This document shows positions 62,499-62,700 of a stretch of 62,700 nucleotides of DNA, piece by piece. The notes beneath the pieces are model-generated. The model was not told the origin of the DNA. It saw only the letters and a list, made by a program, of their open reading frames with translations, and made no database searches. Numbering within the stretch: the stretch's first letter is position 1; each line of letters begins with the position of its first letter. The stretch is from Candidatus Altiarchaeales archaeon WOR_SM1_SCG (GTDB lineage Archaea; Altiarchaeota; Altiarchaeia; IMC4; WOR-SM1-SCG). The translations under genes were made by a program, and so were the position numbers. The stretch lies in NCBI GenBank assembly GCA_001723845.1, contig MCBE01000110.1:1-62700 (forward strand), written 5' to 3'.

Positions 62499-62700
62499 AT
62501 ATTTTATTAAAATTAGCGGATAATATTTTGAATTATTTTAGTTTAGTTTAGGTTAAATTTAATTAGTTTAAAGCCCATCTTTCCCACGATTAGGTATTAA
62601 TAATTAAACTTTTTAATATAATAAATTGAAAAATACTTGTTGAGCATATAGTTTCTTGTATTCCTGTTATAATGTGCGATTTTCATTTTTGCCAATTTTA

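Noticed and set aside
1-62700. tRNA, rRNA, SRP RNA or RNase P RNA genes
   Set aside because: Scanning the intergenic regions by eye found none of the following: a GGTTCGAATCC/GGTTCAAATCC-type T-arm, a cloverleaf, the GAGGAAAGTCC RNase P motif, or rRNA-like conserved blocks.

Overview
AT-rich archaeal chromosomal segment. The archaeal assignment rests on AglB/STT3, ribosomal protein S8e, an archaeal-type beta-CASP RNase J, archaetidylinositol-phosphate-type CDP-alcohol transferase and a PCNA-like clamp. All domain calls come from reading motifs in the supplied translations; no database search was possible.

Layout:
- (1) 1-13.4 kb, minus strand: a tightly coupled tandem array. Five COG2865-type proteins (AlbA_2/Schlafen-like + HATPase_c_4-like + wHTH) are interleaved with four 148-157 aa exported ORFs. 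Those ORFs are duplicated copies of the N-terminus of a large adhesin gene, which closes the array and runs off the left edge (missing from the ORF track).
- (2) 13.4-14.1 kb and 25.4-25.7 kb: a family of GC-richer repeated elements with compensatory stem changes (candidate structured RNAs).
- (3) 14.2-28.5 kb: a surface-protein island holding a 3100-aa DUF11-repeat giant, a Cys-rich repeat protein, an acylphosphatase-repeat fusion, and two exported proteins sitting in duplicated 'gene slots' with a conserved ~150-nt upstream element and a shared terminator.
- (4) 29.6-42.9 kb: a minus-strand envelope locus with an alpha-2-macroglobulin homologue (intact CGEQ thioester), Kazal-like/PepSY-like Cys-rich lipoproteins and a membrane-anchored wHTH regulator.
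- (5) 43-54 kb, plus strand: housekeeping genes (HAD, UppS, AglB, S8e, RNase J, Ino1, AIP synthase, PHI), interrupted by an AT-rich island of decayed restriction-modification-like genes.
- (6) 54-61.5 kb, minus strand: a DNA-metabolism block. It holds an XPD-family helicase fused to RecQ-type RQC+HRDC domains, a very AT-rich four-gene operon ending in a divergent PCNA-like clamp (with a putative PD-(D/E)xK protein), and an overlapping ComF-like PRTase/DprA pair that shares an identical 18-nt promoter-like motif with that operon.
- (7) A PfkB kinase.

No rRNA, tRNA, CRISPR array, transposase or integrase was recognised.

The best candidates for undescribed systems are the coupled small-ORF/COG2865 array and the PCNA-like four-gene operon with its DprA/ComF neighbour.
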